DNA of 64,000 bases from Eledone cirrhosa (Eukaryota): positions 88,226,001-88,290,000 of the forward strand of contig OZ024745.1 in assembly GCA_964016885.1 (NCBI GenBank), read 5' to 3'. Under the pieces are notes generated by a model. The model worked only from the letters and a program-made list of their open reading frames with translations. It was not told the DNA's origin and did no database searches. The position numbers and the translations under genes are program-made. Below are positions 1-13,293 of the stretch, piece after piece. Every line of letters begins with the position of its first letter. Position 1 is the stretch's first letter.

Positions 1-1080
1 TTGGTAGCTACTGTTATCCTAAGTCCTAACTTATTAAAGGTAGAAGTTAGGTCTGTTTTCAACCGGTCGAGGTTGTGACCACTTTTATGGCTCGATAAGG
101 TCAGGCCCTCGTCGCGGTATGTTCCCGTGTGGAAGTCCGGGAATCTAACACGTAATATGTCTAAAGTCGCATACGTCAGCACTGTCAAACGACCCCATGG
201 AAACGTCGAATGTTCTGAAGTGGTTGACTTCTTTGCCCAGGCTACTCCGTTGTTGAAGAGGAGGGTTTTCCGGCAGTGAGTGATGATCTCCCTGTCTAAA
301 CATAGTCAGTAGTGTAAGTGGTAGCAAATATTAACAGGGTCTCTGAGATCCACGGATAAAAATCTACAATTTCGAATTGAGTGAACTTCGCTTTTTGGGG
401 ATTTGAAGGAGCTAAACCACTTAATGACGGAGTCGTTGTTCTCCCACTGGGACAGGTTAGACTTGGTCCTAATGGTCTTAACTATGTTTTTAAGTATAGC
501 CTTACTGAATAGTCCAATATCCGTGCATGCCGGGTTTAGTAGGACTAGAAGTAAAGTCTACCTTGTGATTTTCAGGGTCAGGAACGCCTCCCGCTTAGCT
601 AAGCTTTGTAGCTTCTCTATCTAGCTTAAGGGCGGCGGCAACGTCTTTGGCTTCTGTATTGATATCGTGGTAGGCCATAGAATTAGCCTTCTTATATTTA
701 GAGGTAATAGCGTTATGGGCCAAGTGGCTGTGAGTAGTGCTGTCGACTTCGTAAACATTATTGGTTTTGTCAGAAAGAACGAAAGTGTTATTGGAAGACC
801 TAAATTTCTTAATATCATTTCTAAGTTTAGTTTGAAAAGTGTTAGGGTGTTTGCGAAAGGAAATGTTAGCGACTAACTCAAGAAGGCCCGCTTCAGATGG
901 AGCGATTTCAGTTACCTTAGAGGGTAGGCTCTCTATTTCAGGTTGAAGCTGTTACTGGTGCCTGTAATTTTGCCGTCAGAAGCTAGGGCTCGCCATCTTA
1001 AGCGTCAGACGACATCTTCCGCTTTTTGTAGGAGAAGCTTTTGGTAAATATGGTTGGAGGGAGTTGGAATATCCATTATA
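1..1080 (-). mobile_element. Penelope-like retroelement (Naiad-type), N-terminal and RT fragment, pseudogenised, runs off window start
   Basis: Minus-strand translation gives EDVV*RLRWRALA, FDVSMGSFDSADVC and YRDEGL (PLE RT motifs), broken by stops and frameshifts. Its 5' part is duplicated as an inversion (957-1068 vs 1108-1220). Confidence 0.85.
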
Positions 1081-1220
1081 CGAACTAGATTACTCCCTGA
1101 AGAATAATCCCACTCCCCCAACCATGTTTACCAAAAGATAATCCTACAAAAATAGGAGGATGTTGTCAGACGCTTAAGATGTCGAGCCCTAGCTTTTGAC
1201 GGCAAAATTACATGCACCAG

Positions 1221-1486
1221 TATGTGTGTGTGTGTGTGTAGGAAGATGATTCTATTAGTAGAAATGGGGGCGGGAGTTTAGTGTGTATCGGTGTGTGGGA
1301 GAATGGTTAGCATTTTAAGATGGAGAGAATATATTTGTGTGTGTGTGTGTAGAAAAATGATTCCGTTAGTAGAAATGGGGAGTAGTTATGTGTGGGTGGG
1401 GGGCATGGTTAGCATGTTAAGGTGTTAGAATATTAACGTATTAAGGTTTATTTAGCTCTGGTCTTTATTTTCGAATATAGGTGTTA

Positions 1487-1517
<31 letters not shown>

Positions 1518-2130
1518 CTGTTTGGATGGTTGGCATATTATGGTTTATATTAAACTATATTTAATGCTGGTCTATATTTTTGAATAAACATACTTTCCTT
1601 ATTTATTCGTATTTGTTCTGTTGTATTGTCAGCGCAAAGATAAAATGGGAAGACTTGGAATTTGGGTGTCTTATCACTTGCGCATATGTCTAGATGTGCA
1701 CTGAGTGATATATGTCTTGTGGTAGGGTCTGTCTTGTCATTCTGTTTCTGAGTGTGAGTTTAGTTTGTCCTATATAATCTTCATTGCATCCTTTACATTT
1801 AATGGCATAAAATCAATTAGGTTCCACAATTAGAGCGACCATATTTTTTGACAGTTGGTTGTGTGTTTGTGGTAGGCAATTTGGCATTGGTGACTAATGT
1901 TTTTAGTGATTTCGGTTGTCTTTTGCTTTTGATTATTTTGTGTGTTTCAAGGGCTTTTTTCATTCTTGGGTCTTGTTTCAATAGTGGGATGTTCTTGTGA
2001 ATAATGTTGTAAGCTTCCGCATTTCTTGAGTTTTGCGTTGAGATATATGATAGAATATTGGACGTACCTTGAAGTTGTTTGTTTTCGTAATTCATCAATG
2101 CCTATTGCGTTAGTCCTTTCTATTCCTTTA
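1221..2130 (-). mobile_element. PLE (non-Naiad, Neptune/Nematis-like) C-terminal GIY-YIG fragment plus 3' UTR
   Basis: ORF 1817-2098 (KSKRQPKSLKTLV...KYGRSNCGT), then YIGQT and terminal KESMFIQKYRPALNI*. The UTR repeats (gtaggaagatgattctattagtagaaatg) recur inverted at 8420-8730. Confidence 0.7.
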
Positions 2131-2154
2131 TTTACATATATTTCTATCTATCTG

Positions 2155-2229
<75 letters not shown>

Positions 2230-2742
2230 ATCTATCTATCTATCTATCTCTATATATATAGTGGAAGAAATGATAGCCATCTTTAATTATGAATATTTAA
2301 TTGTGTACTCAATGTTTATCCTTGAAGCTAATTAAGTTTCCGCTATGCAAAACTGAAGCAGATAATAAACGAAGCTATCCATAGCATGAAAAATCTGTTC
2401 GCAAATATGCACAAAATACACGTAAAGCAAATAAAAGAACTCTTGTCAACTGTAGATTTCATAATCATAAAAGGGAAATGTTAATATCTGTCATAGTTAA
2501 GACACTTTGTAAGGTTCTAGATTTAATTTAGCAACCATCTAATCATAGTCTATATGCAACATCACTGTATTTCCTTGATCAAAAACTGTAAAACTGTAAC
2601 AAAGGTGAAATGAGTGCGAAAGGAAGATCTCAGATTAACTAAAGGTAAATACAGTTAGCTCTAATATTTTGATATATTTATGTGATAAAGTATGTTACGG
2701 GGTTGATGTAAGAATAAGTGAGAGTGAGAGAGGGGGGGCGGG

Positions 2743-2803
<61 letters not shown>

Positions 2804-3838
2804 AGGAAGTATTTATTGGATGGGCAGTAGTAACAGTGAGATACAGAAAAATGCGAATGATTTTTATTGAGGTTAAGTTACAAGGTTTAGTAGAAGAGGC
2901 GATAGAGAGTATTTTCGGAGGAGATAGGGTATGAATGAAATGCGGTAAAAGGGAATACTATTTACCGACAGTATAATACACGGCCAAAAAAGTGAGAACA
3001 CTTTCTTGAACGGAGGAAAAATGTTAATGAGGAGGCGCTGAAGAAAGAGAAGTCCATTTACTGACGTATACTCACAGGCGCACACATACACACAGATAAG
3101 TACATTATCTGTTACAGAACTGATGTTATCATTAGCGATATTGGTTAATGGAGGTGGCTATGGTGGTTTTCACTGCGGCAAGCAGAGAAAGGAGAGGAAA
3201 GTAATTTTTTACAAAACATTTTTTTAATCTTGAAATATTTAACTTTTAGAAAGAACCATGTTTTGAAATAGATGAACATATCCAATGAGAATTAATAAAG
3301 CACAGGTTCAAACGCATAGTATTTACCATGGCTTGAAATAATAACATTTTAAACTGAACTAAGGCAATGGCAATCACTAAAGCAAAACATGTTGAGATGT
3401 AAAGCTTTATCAACATGGGCACGAGAGAGGACATATAAGACATAGTCAGTGTCAGTAAAAATCAAACAAGAATCATTACTCAACCTTGCACTCTCTCAAC
3501 ATCTTCCCGAACCGTAAACATCGCTATCGTTTCAAATATTATTCTTTATAATCTTGGAAAAAAAAATTTTAAGTGAGGTTTAAGAGTTAGACATTTACTG
3601 CATGGGATGAACATTCATAATTTAGATCAAAATTCCCCACTAAAGCCAATGAATCTCATGTGTGCTACAAATGTTTGAGATAATTTAATCATGTACATTG
3701 CATTATCAGACTCGATTTCTTCTTTGTGTTCAACTTTTGAAACTGAAGTTGGATCTATTCAGCTATTTTTATGGAGAAAACGAAACATCAGAATAGCATC
3801 CATTTCCGCCAGGCACACACGCATGCGCACAAACATAT

Positions 3839-3896
<58 letters not shown>

Positions 3897-3901
<5 letters not shown>

Positions 3902-4292
3902 TAAACGGAATAGAAAATGCTGACAAATTGTTCACAGATGAAAAATGGTTTAATTAGGAATAAAAGAGTATTAGTGATTGTATGGGTTAGTATTCAGTTG
4001 TGGTTTTAAGTTTTTAAGTTTTTAGCGGTTGCGCATTTCTAAATGCTTTTCAAAAATAATTTTGAGATAGAGTGTCCGTGTTGTTTGCTCTGATCTCACA
4101 GCAAACAACACGGACACTCTATCTAAAAATTATTTTTGAAAAGCATTTAGAAATGCGCAACCGGCAAAAACTTAAAAACTTAAAACCACAACTGAATACT
4201 AACCCATACAATCACTAATACTCTTTTATTCCTAATTAAACAATTTTTCAACTGTGAACAATTTGTCAGCATTTTCTATTCCGTTTACCAAT
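3897..4292. repeat. Fold-back module: about 193-bp inverted repeat with 10-nt loop, between (TA)n tracts
   Basis: 3897-4089 is the near-perfect reverse complement of 4100-4292. The same family recurs at 19947-20136 and 21515-21552. Confidence 0.95.
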
Positions 4293-4326
4293 ATATAATA
4301 ACTTGTGTGTTACACCTCTATTCTTT

Positions 4327-4392
<66 letters not shown>

Positions 4393-4399
4393 GGTGGGT

Positions 4400-4590
4400 G
4401 TATGACCCCAACGGCAGAGCTCAAGCCGTTTCGACGGCTATTTCTGGACTGTCCAGAAATAGCCGTCGAAACGGCTTGAGCTCTGCCGTCGGGGTCATAC
4501 ATTACCTATTACCCACTCTGCTACCCTAAGTATTGAGTACTCTGGTGCGTTATGGTCCATCTGGTTCATTACCCCATTTCCTTCGTTATA
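4400..4590. repeat. Short fold-back module (about 50-bp arms plus unique tail) in (TA)n, dispersed family
   Basis: 4400-4449 and 4453-4500 are inverted. The same sequence (ggggtcatac...ttacccactct...gtattgagta...gtgcgttatggtcca) recurs at 51940-52110 and 52855-52980. Confidence 0.9.
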
Positions 4591-4625
4591 TATATATATA
4601 TATATATTATATAATAACAGGGGGC

Positions 4626-4681
4626 TATGAACATTTCAATGACCGGGTTCATACTGAACCCGGTCATTGAGATGTTCATAG
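4626..4681. repeat. Short palindrome at the head of another TA-embedded module
   Basis: ctatgaacatttcaatgaccgggttca-tac-tgaacccggtcattgagatgttcatag. Confidence 0.85.
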
Positions 4682-4889
4682 TATAATAAACATTTCAAGG
4701 AATTACACCAGTCCAGCCTCCTGTTATTATATAATAATTAACTCCGTACTCGCACCACCAACTACACAAACGAAGACGGGTGAGTTGCATTACGTTGGGT
4801 GCTCTCCATAATATTACATCGAGGTTTACCATACGGAATGTCCAGTTCTATCCAATGGTGAACCAACAAACCTAAATATATATATATAT

Positions 4890-6212
4890 ATCAACTAGAA
4901 ATTGATTGACATATCACATGAAACAATCACAGGGGATAATTTGTAAAGTGTGTAATCACACATAGCTAGGTAGATAACTAATTAAAGTTTAACTAGAGCT
5001 TAAAATATTACCTTTTAAAAAATCATTAATCTTCCTTGTATATATTTGATTAAAGAAATATATTTCACCATTAATCCGTAAAGTCACAGCAGCCAAAATT
5101 TCGGATCTTCAGCAAGGGAGAAGATTTAACTATCTGTGTTTACACATCTAATGCAAATCTGCGAGTGACCCATCGCACGTGTTGCAATTCTAAAACTACT
5201 AACAACCTGCTAGCGTCATCTCAGTGGCGTGAATACGGTGTTTGACAGCTATAAATAGCAGCCGAGTCCTTTCAACTGAGTTAACTCTACAATTAAGGAC
5301 CCGTGTATATATCCAAAATTAATTTAATTAAATTAAATTAAGTGAGTCATGTCCGAGACATACGCCATATCCACCGTAGAATAAGCTCAAAGATTCCAAT
5401 GAATAGATCCGAGCATTTTATATCAACTAGAAATTAATTTACATATATATATATTTAAAATAAACACGTGAAACAATCACAGTAAAGTGTATAATCACAC
5501 ATAGCTAGGTAGGTAACTAATTTAACTAGAGCTTCAAATATTACCTTTTAAAAATCAATTACTAGTTGATATTAAATGCTCGGATCTATTCATTGGAATT
5601 TTTGAGCTTATTCTACGGTGGATATGGCGCATACCCCGGACATGACTCCCTTAATTTAATTAAATTAATTTTGGATATATACACGGCTCCTTAATTGTAG
5701 AGCTAACTCAGTTGAAAGGACTCGGCTGCTATTTATAGCTGTCGATCACCCTATTCACGCCACTGAGATGACGCTAGCATGTTGTTAGTAGTTTTAGAAT
5801 TGCAACACGTGCGATGGGGCACTCGCAGAATATGCATTAGATGTGTAAACACAGATAGTTAAATCTTCTCCCTTGCTGAAGATACGGAATTCGGCTGCTG
5901 TGACTTTACGGATTAATGGTGAAATATATTTCTTTAATGAAATACATACAAGGAATATTAATCAATTTTCAAAAGGTAATATTTTAAGCTCTAGTTAAAC
6001 TTTAATTAGTTACCTACCTAGCTATGTGTGATTACACACTTTACAAATTATCTCCTGTCAATGTTTCATGTGTTTATTTTAAATATATATATATGTAAAT
6101 CAACTGCTCGGATCTATTCATTGGAATCTTTGAGCTTATTCTACGGTGGATATGGTGCATGTCTCGAACATGACTGCCTTAATTTAATTTAATTTAATTA
6201 ATTTTGGATATA
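4890..6212. repeat. About 530-bp unit arranged as tandem plus inverted copies (PLE-pLTR-like architecture)
   Basis: Unit 4891-5421 restarts at 5422 (tcaactagaaatt). 5561-6100 is its reverse complement, with a further partial copy at 6106-6210. Flanked by (TA)n. Confidence 0.9.
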
Positions 6213-6412
6213 TATATATATATAATTTAATATCATAAAGCGACTTAGGTCTCTTATGATTTGAACACATATGTATATATCTGTGTTTATCTCTCTTATA
6301 TTAAATTATATTATACGGCTCGGAAATTCTTTTCCTTGAGCTATTATAAATGTAAGGGACTATTCTTAGATTCTAACTCAATATATACTTTTGATATATA
6401 TATATATATATA

Positions 6413-8051
6413 CTAGCAGTTTAGCCCGGCGTTGCTCGAGTTTGTTCATTTGCTATGAAAAGTTACATAGAGGTAAACGTGGCTTCAAAGCGAATAAGCT
6501 TATCAATTAAGTGCATAAAGCAGTTGAACCGGTTATTAAAAGTTACGAACCAATTAGCATTTTGGACAATCAATGACGGGTTAATAATCTTCCAATACCG
6601 AATTTAGCAGACCAAAGTTGCAAGATGGTGGCCCTGATGCCGCTGGGTGTCAGATCTGTCCGCCATGGGTGACCCTACCAGGAAATAGTTTTCCAGAGGG
6701 CATAGTTCCAACACCTCCAACACCTGCACCAACATCTATAGCACCTCTTTGTAGACGATATTGCGTGTCATCCCTTGAGGAGTGTAAGCAAAAATCCATT
6801 CCTGCTCCCTACGTGGGAACAGGCAACATAAAGTTGGCCATGGGAGAAGCATGGCTTCGCCAAATGGATGCCTGCCACCGACAATGTTTTCCCTTGTGAC
6901 CTGTTAATGGACATGGCAAAACATGGTCTCACCGGGAATTTGGGATCGCCGGAAATCGAACGGGATATCTGACGCCGAGTGGAATAGGTTCATCCTTGGC
7001 AGTGTATTCGGCAGAATTTCCAGAAGTACAACACTATGGCTGTTGTCATATTAATATTTAACCATTTAAAGTCGTAAAAATAAATAATTTAAACATTCCG
7101 ATTCATATGTCTATAGCATTCATCTGTTATATGAAGTGTTATTTTGCGGGTTGTTATTTGCAATAAACCGATTTAAAATGCCCCAGAAAAGTCGTATGTC
7201 AATACGGAACTCCAATCACTCCCCCAGCTGTTAAATTATAGAGAGGGGGAATAATCTATTATAGAGAGAGGGAAGAACGACGGGGAGAGTAAAGCTAAGA
7301 AACTATAGGGAGGTGTGTAAAACAGTATTGTCATATAGAGAGTGAAGAGCGACAGAGAGAGTAAACCAGTTAGATTATAGAGAGGGGGAATGATCTATTA
7401 TAGAGAGAGGGAAGAGCGACGGAGAGAGTAAAGCTAAGAAACAATAGGGAGGTGTGTTAAACCTCAAAGCACGAAGAGAGTTAAGCAGTTAAATTATAGA
7501 GAGTGGGTATGCTCTATTATAGAGAGAGGGAAGAGCGACGGCGAGAGTACAGCTATGTTTGTTGTTGTATAAATTGATGTGTTGCTTTGTTTTCAACGTT
7601 TATGTCGCGTTCCTGAAGGAAGTTTTGTCGTTGTTGTAAACTGTTATGGTGATAGGGTAGTAGAGGGAGGCATTAACCTTTTAAAGAGAGTTGCAGAGGA
7701 GATTGAGAGGGGAGTAGATGGAGGGATGAACCTTTTAAAGAGAGTTGCAGAGGCGATTGAGAGGGGAGTAGAGTGAGGGATGAACCTTTTAAAGAGAGTT
7801 GCAACATCTATGTAGTTTCATAGATTGTTGAGGGTAGTAGAGAGAGAGTGATGAAGTGTGTAAGAGAGAGGGTTACAGCATGTATTTAGTTTTATCGATT
7901 TTTTCATAGAAGCAGGACATTTTTGGCAAAGTTTATTACGCCTTGACCATCGTTCGTAAATTTGGACCACATTGGAAAAAAATCATCAAAATCGGTAGAG
8001 AAATGTGGAAATGCATAATAATCATACACGCACACAGACATACATCTTCCG

Positions 8052-8057
<6 letters not shown>
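6413..8057 (-). mobile_element. Non-autonomous Helitron retaining the Pif1-helicase C-terminus
   Basis: Minus-strand 3' end CTAG (6413-6416) preceded by a GC hairpin (gcccggcgttgctcga on +). Minus 6736-6945 reads FPVRPCFAMSINRSQGKTLSVAGIHLAKPCFSHGQLYVACS...TRNIVYKEVL*. Internal minisatellites at 7230-7800. Inserted in (TA)n. Confidence 0.9.
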
Positions 8058-8090
<33 letters not shown>

Positions 8091-8379
8091 CATATATATA
8101 TATATATGTATGCGTGTGTGTGGGTGGGTGTTTTAATATATGAATTCTATTCAACTAACATGAATTTGTTCAGTCACAGGTTTTATTGGTGTAATGTATT
8201 GTCATTTTGTTTTTGTCTAAGAATATAACTAACGTAACTACTCATGTGACTCCATATTTGAAACATAAGTCTTACATGAGAATGGGGGAAAATGAGACTA
8301 ACGTCGAACTTCGTTTAGAACATAAGACGTGGATAAAGAAAGGCAATAAGGTACGGTTTAGGACACTCATTAGTTCCTA

Positions 8380-8727
8380 CTAATGAGAGATTTCTGTATA
8401 TATATGTTCATTCAAAAATATTCCTACTAACGGAAACATTTTCCTACACACACACACAGAGAATATATATATTCTCTTCATCTTAACATGCTAACCATAC
8501 TCCCACTCACACATTACACCCATACACACCCATACCACCCCCCCTACACACACACAATTCCTTCCCCCGTTTCTACTAATAGAATCACTTTCCTACACAC
8601 ATATACACACACACAAAATATATATATTCTCTCCATCTTAACATACTCCCACACACACACATAACACCCACATACACACACACACACATAACTCCCTCCC
8701 GCATTTCTACTAATAGAATCATCTTCC

Positions 8728-8812
<85 letters not shown>

Positions 8813-9390
8813 GCACACAATTAAACATACACATCTTTACTTTCTTTATTTCAATAGAAAATCTGAATTCTGACAACCCAGCCAACCAACCATATTCACT
8901 GAACCAGAACAATTCTCCCATCCCATTTCTCTTGACCATTCTCTTTTGCTTGTCATAAAATTCTCTAAAAGGCTACAAAATAAATTCCCAAATACGGGCG
9001 CGAGATTTAATGAACTTGTTCACGTGACAGCCATAATTGCATTTATAACCAATCAAATTACATTTATAAAAAAAACCTTCGTGAGCCCCCTTTTTTAAGT
9101 AAAAAGAAATTCAAACACTGATATATGAAAAAAACAACCTGAGCCCTCACCCCACCTTGTTTGAAGAACTTTGTAACGCGAACTGTCGCGAAATTTATTA
9201 TACCTATTGGCCAACCAATCAAATTACTTCTCTAAAAACCTGACGCTTCGAGCCACTTTTTTCCATATAAAACAAGTAACATTCAAAGACCAACCACATA
9301 TGAGAAAAACCACAGAACCTCCAACTCAACTCTACTCTTGAAAAGCAGAATAACTGCGAAACCGGTAGAGGAACCAAATAAATATATATA
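8380..9390 (+). mobile_element. PLE 3' UTR/pLTR remnant ending in a hammerhead motif and AATAAA
   Basis: Shares UTR repeats with 1221-1420 in inverted orientation. Its end matches 13000-13068 on the minus strand. Confidence 0.65.
9335..9370 (+). ncRNA. Minimal type I hammerhead ribozyme, U3:A8 core variant
   Basis: ctc-TTGAAAA-gcag(aataa)ctgc-GAA-ACCGGT-A^gag: stems I and II pair and helix III is palindromic. Confidence 0.7.
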
Positions 9391-9483
9391 TATTCTTAAA
9401 AATACTTTTCTTTATATAAGACTTTTCTTTATATATATATACACACACACACATATATATATTTCTATATGTGTGTGTTTATT

Positions 9484-9523
<40 letters not shown>

Positions 9524-9677
9524 CACACACACACATGTATACATATATATATATATATATATACATATATACACACACATACATATATATATATATTTAT
9601 ATATGTGTGTGTTTAATCTTTATACTTACACACCCACACACATATATATATATATAAATGCATGTATATACATACAT

Positions 9678-9737
<60 letters not shown>

Positions 9738-9767
9738 CGACAAGCAGAGTTTCAAGTCTCTATGAAA

Positions 9768-9940
9768 TAATTGTTTCTACTTTTGGCACAAGCCAGTGTA
9801 CTACTGGTACTTTATTTTAGCGACCCCGTAGGGATGAAAGGCAAAGTTAACGTCGCCGGGATTTGAATTCAGTATGGCAAGGGCCGTAACTCTATGCGTC
9901 AAAGCATGGCGTCCGACCCTCTACCGATACCGCCAATCCA
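9768..9940 (-). mobile_element. tRNA-derived SINE (MetaSINE-like core)
   Basis: A/B-box-like head, core gcctttcatcc...ggggtcg.taaaataagtaccag and tail gtagaaacaattatt. Multi-copy in the window. Confidence 0.85.
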
Positions 9941-10337
9941 TGTGCTTTAGATAGTCTGTATATTGCACATACTTTAAGACATGGCATCTTATTCATGGAA
10001 TATAAGAATTGGAGAAGATGTAAGCTATAGCAGCAGTATAAATTGTAGAAGTCATCCTCTTTAATTGTTCATCTATTATTTAGTCAAACCACAAAGAAGC
10101 AGGTGTTTTTCGCTTTCATCATCATCACCACCATCATCATATATATCACAACTATCATAATCACTAGATGTTCTCTTTATTATATCATTCCCGATATTCT
10201 TGTCTTCCTTTCGTAACTATTCTCCATTCATATCACAGCATTTTCCTTTTATATATTCCATGTGTTCATTCAAAAGTACCAACATATTTCAACATATTGG
10301 GCAAATTATCTCGTTAGTCATTCCATCTCATTGTCCC

Positions 10338-10452
<115 letters not shown>

Positions 10453-10647
10453 CATATATACCTACCTCTCCCTCTCTTTCTGTCTCCGTATATATCTACC
10501 TATATACCTACCTCTCTACTTACGTATGTATTCTTTTATCTGTCTCCATTTATATGTTCTGAGTCATTAATAATCTATACAACAAGATATACGCACAGAC
10601 ACAGCACAGACACACGCGCACGCACTTTTGTATCTCTCTCTCTCTCA

Positions 10648-10709
<62 letters not shown>

Positions 10710-11625
10710 GCACCAATCTATGTATCTACTTGCTTGCCTACATACCTATCTATCCTGTTCTCTCCTCACTACTTTTCTCTCAGCCATTGTCTAGTTTCTC
10801 AACTGAATCTATATATAGTAGACACTGTTCATGATATAGGAGACTTTGTTTTTACTAAGTTTAGAAGTGACAAGATTTGAATATATATCGAAAACAATAG
10901 CATAAAACCTTATGTCGTTTTACTCTCATGAATCTCGTGAGAGCAACAACAAATAGCAGTCAGAAGAACTAAGCGCAATGAATTTAGAGATTTCGTTGTT
11001 TACCTCATCTGTCTAATACTAAAAATATATAAATACTAAATCGAATGATATTTTAAATTTCCTTTAGAATCTAATACGTGTTGCTTCTACGTATTGTCGG
11101 AAACTTTAGCTTTAATCGAATTTGTATGAAAAGAAGTTCATATTTTCGAATTTCTATTGACATGCAGAAAAGAAATATGACTTTTTTTAAAACCTAAACT
11201 AGAATAATAAAAAAACACAGAAAGTATTAAATCGAATCGATACATTCCTTAAAGAAGTATGGAACATATTCTAATTTATATCAAAACTAAAATATAGGAA
11301 TCATTGGAGCTATGGGAAATAAAATTTGAATTTATGGATATTTAAATTATAAAATTTATATTAATGAAACGATTTTATTTGGCACAAGATAAATGAACCA
11401 CCGCTCGACGACGTCTCCATTCCTTCTCCATCCGCTGAAAGGAGTGTTTCAGGAATCTGCCCCAAAGGCCTCCTCAGAAATAAGTGGGCTAAGAAGAAGA
11501 TTTTATCTTGCAAAACATAGCGAGATGTATTGACTAAGTTGAAACTTCGACGTCACTGCCAAATTACTACGCAGATGGCGTGTTTGAGTACTCTGCTACA
11601 ACGACTATTTCAGGAATAAGTAGTT

Positions 11626-11698
11626 GAAGAAGAAGAAGAAGAAGAAGAAGAAGAAGAAGAAGAAGAAGAAGAAGAAGAAGAAGAAGAAGAAGAAGAAG
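11626..11698 (+). repeat. (GAA)n microsatellite
   Basis: Perfect trinucleotide run. Confidence 0.98.
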
Positions 11699-12681
11699 AT
11701 GCTTCTATTTAAGGGATAAAGTGGTATTTTGTGGATTTTATTATTGGTATGAGTTTATGTAAAGACATGAAACATTTTCAACAGGAAGCATTGTGGGCTC
11801 TGGCCTTCGAATATTTAGATTCATTACATAGCTTTTTATTTCAGCATGCTTAGTAGAGTTAAACATATTATTTCCTATAAACTATTTTACAGAATCAAAT
11901 ATGGCCGTCAGTATATAAATTCGAAAGATATGTATGTGAGATTTAGCAGGTGTTTCTTGAGTGAAGTTTATCTAGGTTAAACGTTATATGTGAGATCATT
12001 TAACAAGAAATGTGAACAGACAGTAGGCTATTTAATAGTTGGAAAGAAATTTATGTTGTAGAAAAGTATAGATAACAAAAGGTGTTATGAAAGTAGCTGT
12101 TGCTATTGATGTTGAGTTGGATGTTTTGTTGCTTAAACTCGCGTCAACCTTGATTGAACAGACCATTGATGAAAGGTTTTTCTAGCAAAGATTACCCAGT
12201 ATGTTTTTCGGAAATATGAGAATTCAAGACTAGATTTTTTACATCCCAATTTAAGTGGATAGAGAGCGAATTGAATCAGATTTAGCTCGTGCTATAAACA
12301 AGTGTGTTAAAAGTAGTGCGATTTTAATTGTTGGCTAAAATATATTTGAGAAATAAATATGAACGCTTGAGGGTTAAACATCTCTTTTAGAATCTCTTAA
12401 AATTTCAAATAAATATTTTATTTTAAATGAATTGAAAGGTGGACATATATCTCTGACAGTTTACTACAACATTTCATTATGTACAGAAACGAATCCACTC
12501 AGCTGTATAATTTAATTTAGGATATATGTCATTATACACTATCTCCCCTTCTCATTCATTCTTAACCACCCAATCACTCTCACTCTCTTTCACAATATGT
12601 CTCTGTATACGCACTCTCTCACACGAATACACATATGTTTGGGAGAGTATATATATAAATAAATATATATAAATATATGTA

Positions 12682-12800
<119 letters not shown>

Positions 12801-12904
12801 GTGTTTGTATAAAACTAATCGAACGTAATCTACTAAGTAATCGTTGGTTTTTATTTGATTCCCTTTCTCTCATGCTTTCTCTCTCTATCCTTCTCTTTTA
12901 TATA

Positions 12905-12941
<37 letters not shown>

Positions 12942-12942
12942 G

Positions 12943-13108
12943 GAAAAAAAGATGAAATCGAAAATGCAACTGGAGTCTTATTTTTTTTTAAAATATATAT
13001 ATTTATTTGGTGCCTTTACCGGTTTCGCAGTTCTTCTGCTTTTCAAAAGTAGAGTTGAGATGGAGGGAAATAAGACTCCAGTTGCATTTTCGATTTCATC
13101 TTTTTTTC
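12943..13108. repeat. 41-bp inverted repeat enclosing a minus-strand U3:A8 hammerhead (13014-13049)
   Basis: 12943-12983 vs 13068-13108. The enclosed reverse complement TTGAAAA-gcag(aagaa)ctgc-GAAACCGGTA matches 9338-9367. Confidence 0.85.
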
Positions 13109-13293
13109 TTTCTACTTTCATTTCACTCGTGTAGGACACCTCGGTTATTTTTCATTTTGTAAAAAAAAACCTCACTTTCTAATATATATATAATGAAGCT
13201 CTAGATAGAAGTGGCCACAAAAATAGATTAGAGTATATACCTTCTACTAAAAATACTGAAAGCATACAGCATAATATTACCAACAAACACCAA

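Noticed and set aside
1000-1012. In-frame TGA in a Naiad ORF as possible selenocysteine (some Naiads encode selenoproteins)
   Set aside because: It is at an Arg position and the inverted copy has AGA. The conserved Cys codons in the other Naiad ORFs here are TGT/TGC, and I recognised no SECIS.
11400-11610. Promoter-like island (cgacgtca, gcagatggcg motifs)
   Set aside because: Short motifs are expected by chance and no linked gene is visible.
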